20,000 bases of DNA, taken from contig JADHWK010000007.1 in NCBI GenBank assembly GCA_016783505.1, positions 49,122 through 69,121 on the forward strand, written 5' to 3'. Within the stretch, counting starts at the first letter, position 1. Each line of letters starts with the position of its first letter. This document shows, piece by piece, positions 16,946-20,000 of the stretch. The notes below the pieces were generated by a model that worked only from the letters and a program-made list of their open reading frames with translations, was not told where the DNA came from and made no database searches. The DNA is from Candidatus Zhuqueibacterota bacterium (GTDB lineage Bacteria; BS750m-G25). The position numbers were made by a program, and so were the translations under genes.

Positions 16946-17761
16946 ATGCCCGAACTTCCAGAGGTAGAGACGATTACCAGGCAACTGCGATCCTTCGTGT
17001 CTGGGAAGAAAATAGATTCCATAACTGTATTAAGACCCTCCGTTCTACCCAAAGAGACCCCATCAACATTTTCAGCCCGGTTAAGGGGAAGGCGCATTAG
17101 AAAGGTAGGGCGTCGGGGAAAGTATCTCATCTTTTGTCTGGACGGGTATAAGTTGATCGTCCACTTGAGAATGACGGGAAAATTCTTAAGTTACCATACG
17201 CGGCCTCGGGAGAATGCCCATCTACGCATCCTCTTCGGATTTAATGATGGAAGTTGGCTTGCATATCATGATCAGCGAGCCCTGGGTACCCTGTTTACCG
17301 TTCAAGATAAAGAAGTCGTTTCTGAATTGGATAAATTGGGCGTGGAACCGTTTAGCCCTTCTTTTACCCCCAACTTTCTTTATCAAATGACCCGGCAAAG
17401 TCGTCAGCCGCTCAAGGAATTTTTGCTCAACCAAAACCGGGTGGTCGGTCTCGGCAATATTTACGCCTCGGAAGTTCTTTATGATTGCGGCATGCATCCG
17501 GAAAGGGGGGCCGAATCCCTGAGCCGGGACGAAGTGAAAAGGCTGACGGCCAGCATTAAGGGAATTCTCAGGCAGGCGGTGGAGGCCAACGGTACCAGCC
17601 TCTCTAACTACCGGGATCTGCTGGATCAAACCGGGAATTTTCAGACGTCACTAAAGGTATATGGCCGTGAAGGGGAAAGATGCGAAAGGTGCGGAACTGA
17701 AATAAAACGCATAAAACAAAAGGGAAGAAGTAGTTACTTCTGCCCCCAATGTCAAAGGTGA
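16946..17761 (+). CDS. mutM: Formamidopyrimidine-DNA glycosylase/AP lyase
   Basis: MPELPEVE, RRGKYL, HLRMTG, GLGNIYASE and C-terminal zinc finger CERC...CPQCQ. Confidence 0.97.
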   Translation: MPELPEVETITRQLRSFVSGKKIDSITVLRPSVLPKETPSTFSARLRGRRIRKVGRRGKYLIFCLDGYKLIVHLRMTGKFLSYHTRPRENAHLRILFGFNDGSWLAYHDQRALGTLFTVQDKEVVSELDKLGVEPFSPSFTPNFLYQMTRQSRQPLKEFLLNQNRVVGLGNIYASEVLYDCGMHPERGAESLSRDEVKRLTASIKGILRQAVEANGTSLSNYRDLLDQTGNFQTSLKVYGREGERCERCGTEIKRIKQKGRSSYFCPQCQR

Positions 17762-17775
17762 AAGGAGGTGCTATT

Positions 17776-17883
17776 ATGGCGGTGTTTAAATGCAGTAAAT
17801 GTGGATTTGAGAAAGAAACCCGGTGTAAACCCCGGAAATGTCCCCAATGCGGTGCATCCGACAGCTTTACCAAAAAAGGATAA
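17776..17883 (+). CDS. 35-aa RCKP-type rubredoxin-like/zinc-ribbon peptide (absent from ORF track)
   Basis: MAVFKCSKCGFEKETRCKPRKCPQCGASDSFTKKG*; two CxxCG knuckles plus RCKP; AGGAGG RBS at 17763-17768; followed by a terminator. Confidence 0.88.
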   Translation: MAVFKCSKCGFEKETRCKPRKCPQCGASDSFTKKG

Positions 17884-17906
17884 TTCTCATCCTGTAATCT
17901 TTTTTC

Positions 17907-17934
17907 AAAACCGGCCTCTGAGGCTGGTTTTTTT
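17907..17934 (+). terminator. Rho-independent terminator
   Basis: AAAA-CCGGCCTC-T-GAGGCTGG-TTTTTTT: GC-rich hairpin followed by T7. Confidence 0.85.
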
Positions 17935-17935
17935 A

Positions 17936-17964
17936 TTGACAAAATAGAATTTATTTGATATATT
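17936..17964 (+). promoter_or_regulatory. Sigma70 promoter for the YbbR-like gene and tsaD
   Basis: TTGACA (17936-17941), 17-bp spacer, TGn-TATATT (17959-17964). Confidence 0.75.
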
Positions 17965-17974
17965 GATGGATGTA

Positions 17975-18928
17975 ATGAAGATACAAAAGGTTTTAATAAG
18001 ATTTTTCACCGAAGACATGGCCTTAAAGGTCGGGCTCCTGCTTCTGGCCTCCTTTGTGTGGTTTTTTGTGGTGACAAACCTGGAGTATGAATACGCCTTC
18101 AGTATTCCCATCTCAATTGAAAACCTGAAAGAAGGAAAGATACTGGTCAAGGAGGTGCCCCAAAATGCCCAGGTTCTTTTTAGGGGCAACGGGAGAAACC
18201 TTCTCACTTTAAGATATCTTTCCGATGTGAAATTAAGGCTTGATCTTAAAACCATAAACTGGTATTACGATTTCATCCTTAAAAATCGCTATGTAGAACT
18301 TCCCAGGGGAATGGATGTGAAGGTGGTGGAGGTTATCGAGCCGGACACGGTGACCATCAGTTTGGATGATTTACTGGAAAAAGAGGTCCCCGTTCTGCCC
18401 CAGGTTTCCTGTAAACTTAAGGCCGGATATGTTCAGGTTGGGGAAGTGCGATGTGATCCCCCTAAAATAAGGATTTCCGGACCCCGGAGTCTGGTGGCTC
18501 AGATTAATGGGGTAAGGTCCATCGAGAGTAAATATTTTGACGCGTACGTTGATATTCGGGACCGGTTGCAACTGGAGCCCTTCAGCAGCCCGTCAATTTC
18601 CCGTGACCGTGACTATGTAACGGTTATCGTGGATGTTCAGAAATTGGGGGAGCACTGGTTGGAAAAGGTTCCCGTACGGGTGGTGAATGTTCCTAAATCC
18701 CTTACAGTGATAGTGGAACCTCCGGAGTTTGATTCAATGTTAGTGCGGGGTGGGGTGGATGAGATCATGAAGCTATCCCCTGAGAAAGTAGTAGCGACCA
18801 TTAATTTCGGCCGGAACTGGCGACCAGAGAAGGAGAATTATTCACCATTGATCAGCCTCCCTGAGGGGATTGAGGTCGTTTCCTTCGACCCCCCTACTTT
18901 TGTGTTAATCGTCAGAAAGTCGAGATAA
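17975..18928 (+). CDS. YbbR/CdaR-like domain protein
   Basis: N-terminal TM (LKVGLLLLASFVWFFV) and repeated YbbR-like beta domains (KEVPV.P, P..I.ISGP.S.V). ATG 17975 chosen because TTG 17963 and ATG 17966 overlap or abut the promoter -10. Confidence 0.8.
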   Translation: MKIQKVLIRFFTEDMALKVGLLLLASFVWFFVVTNLEYEYAFSIPISIENLKEGKILVKEVPQNAQVLFRGNGRNLLTLRYLSDVKLRLDLKTINWYYDFILKNRYVELPRGMDVKVVEVIEPDTVTISLDDLLEKEVPVLPQVSCKLKAGYVQVGEVRCDPPKIRISGPRSLVAQINGVRSIESKYFDAYVDIRDRLQLEPFSSPSISRDRDYVTVIVDVQKLGEHWLEKVPVRVVNVPKSLTVIVEPPEFDSMLVRGGVDEIMKLSPEKVVATINFGRNWRPEKENYSPLISLPEGIEVVSFDPPTFVLIVRKSR

Positions 18929-18990
18929 CCGAAATAATACAGAGAAGAGTTCTTAAAGCCGGGAAAAGTCCTGAGAATTTACGGATAACG

Positions 18991-19983
18991 ATGGTGGTAT
19001 TGGGCATAGAGACCTCTTGCGACGACACCGCCGTGGGGGTGGTGGAGGATGGGGTGGTGCTCTCCGATATTACCTCCACCCAACTGGTCCATCAGAAATA
19101 CGGGGGAGTAGTACCTGAGCTGGCCTCCCGGGCCCACGATCGACTTCTAATACCCGTCATTAAAGAGGCCCTGCGGGGGGCGGAGATAGAAAAGACAGGG
19201 ATAGACGGGGTGGCGGTGACGGTGGGACCCGGTCTGGTGGGGGCCCTGTTGGTGGGCCTGAATGTGGCTAAGGGGTTGGCCCAATCTTTAGATCTCCCAT
19301 TAATTGGGATAAATCATTTAGAGGGTCATATCTCATCGGCCTTTCTCAGCCATAAAACACTTAAAACCCCCTTTATTGCCCTAATCGTTTCGGGGGGACA
19401 TACCGAGTTGATATATGTTGAGGATTTCGGTTCTTACCGGGGGTTGGGTCAGACCCGTGACGATGCCGCCGGTGAGGCTTTTGATAAGGTGGCCAAATTG
19501 TTGGGGCTTGGCTTCCCCGGGGGACCGGCCATTGATGGGGTGGCCCGCACTGGTGACCCCGGAGCGGTGCGGTTTCCCCGGGCCCGCTTGGGACAGAGCC
19601 TTGACTTCAGCTTCAGCGGCCTTAAGACAGCGGTGCGAAATTACCTTATGGGTGAGGTTAAGCTAACCCCCCAGGGGATCGCTGACATCGCCGCTTCTTT
19701 TCAGGAGGCGGTGGTAGACGTGTTGGTCAGCAAGGTCGAAAGGGCCGCCGACCGCTTGAGCGTACACCGGGTGGTGGTGGTGGGGGGGGTGGCGGCCAAC
19801 CAGAGACTGCGTCAACGGCTTAAACAGAATGGATCCTTAGGGGAGGTTGAGGTTTATATCCCGGAGGAGAGGTTCTGCACCGACAATGGGGCCATGATCG
19901 CCTGGGCTGGATGGATGCGACTTAAACGGGGGGAACGTTCAGGCCTTGATCTTGAGGCGGATCCCAGTTTGGGATTGGCATAA
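18991..19983 (+). CDS. tsaD: tRNA N6-adenosine threonylcarbamoyltransferase TsaD
   Basis: LGIETSCDDT, GGVVPELASRAH, NHLEGH, DDAAGEAFDK, FSFSGLKT and CTDNGAMIA. Confidence 0.97.
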   Translation: MVVLGIETSCDDTAVGVVEDGVVLSDITSTQLVHQKYGGVVPELASRAHDRLLIPVIKEALRGAEIEKTGIDGVAVTVGPGLVGALLVGLNVAKGLAQSLDLPLIGINHLEGHISSAFLSHKTLKTPFIALIVSGGHTELIYVEDFGSYRGLGQTRDDAAGEAFDKVAKLLGLGFPGGPAIDGVARTGDPGAVRFPRARLGQSLDFSFSGLKTAVRNYLMGEVKLTPQGIADIAASFQEAVVDVLVSKVERAADRLSVHRVVVVGGVAANQRLRQRLKQNGSLGEVEVYIPEERFCTDNGAMIAWAGWMRLKRGERSGLDLEADPSLGLA

Positions 19984-20000
19984 ATTATAGATTGAAGTTA

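Noticed and set aside
1-20000. Integron integrase, tRNA/rRNA or prophage genes
   Set aside because: No tyrosine-recombinase motifs, cloverleaf or rRNA-like sequence, or phage genes recognised.

Overview
Bacterial chromosomal window with all intact genes on the + strand; gene content would fit an FCB-group/candidate-phylum anaerobe (inference only). The backbone is a sugar-glycerate compatible-solute cluster: HAD phosphatase, GT4, GpgS, Ggs-like GT2, glycerate kinase and a second GT4. Housekeeping genes follow (DUF429, trxB, mutM, an unannotated 35-aa RCKP rubredoxin-like peptide, YbbR/CdaR-like, tsaD). Between the HAD gene and the first GT4 lies a mostly AT-rich ~7.2 kb insert (930-8150) bracketed by two copies of a 21-bp palindrome. 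It looks like a decayed integron cassette array with no integrase in the window (CALIN-like): a beta-helix pseudogene, a 4-TM cassette, an attC site split by a frameshifted IS110/IS1111 element, a two-gene trehalose cassette (TPS/TPP fusion + TreT-like), an intact attC and an MscS remnant. The most notable signal is in the IS non-coding end, which carries short motifs matching the ancestral attC core and its own circle junction, as expected for a bridge/seekRNA programmed against attC sites.
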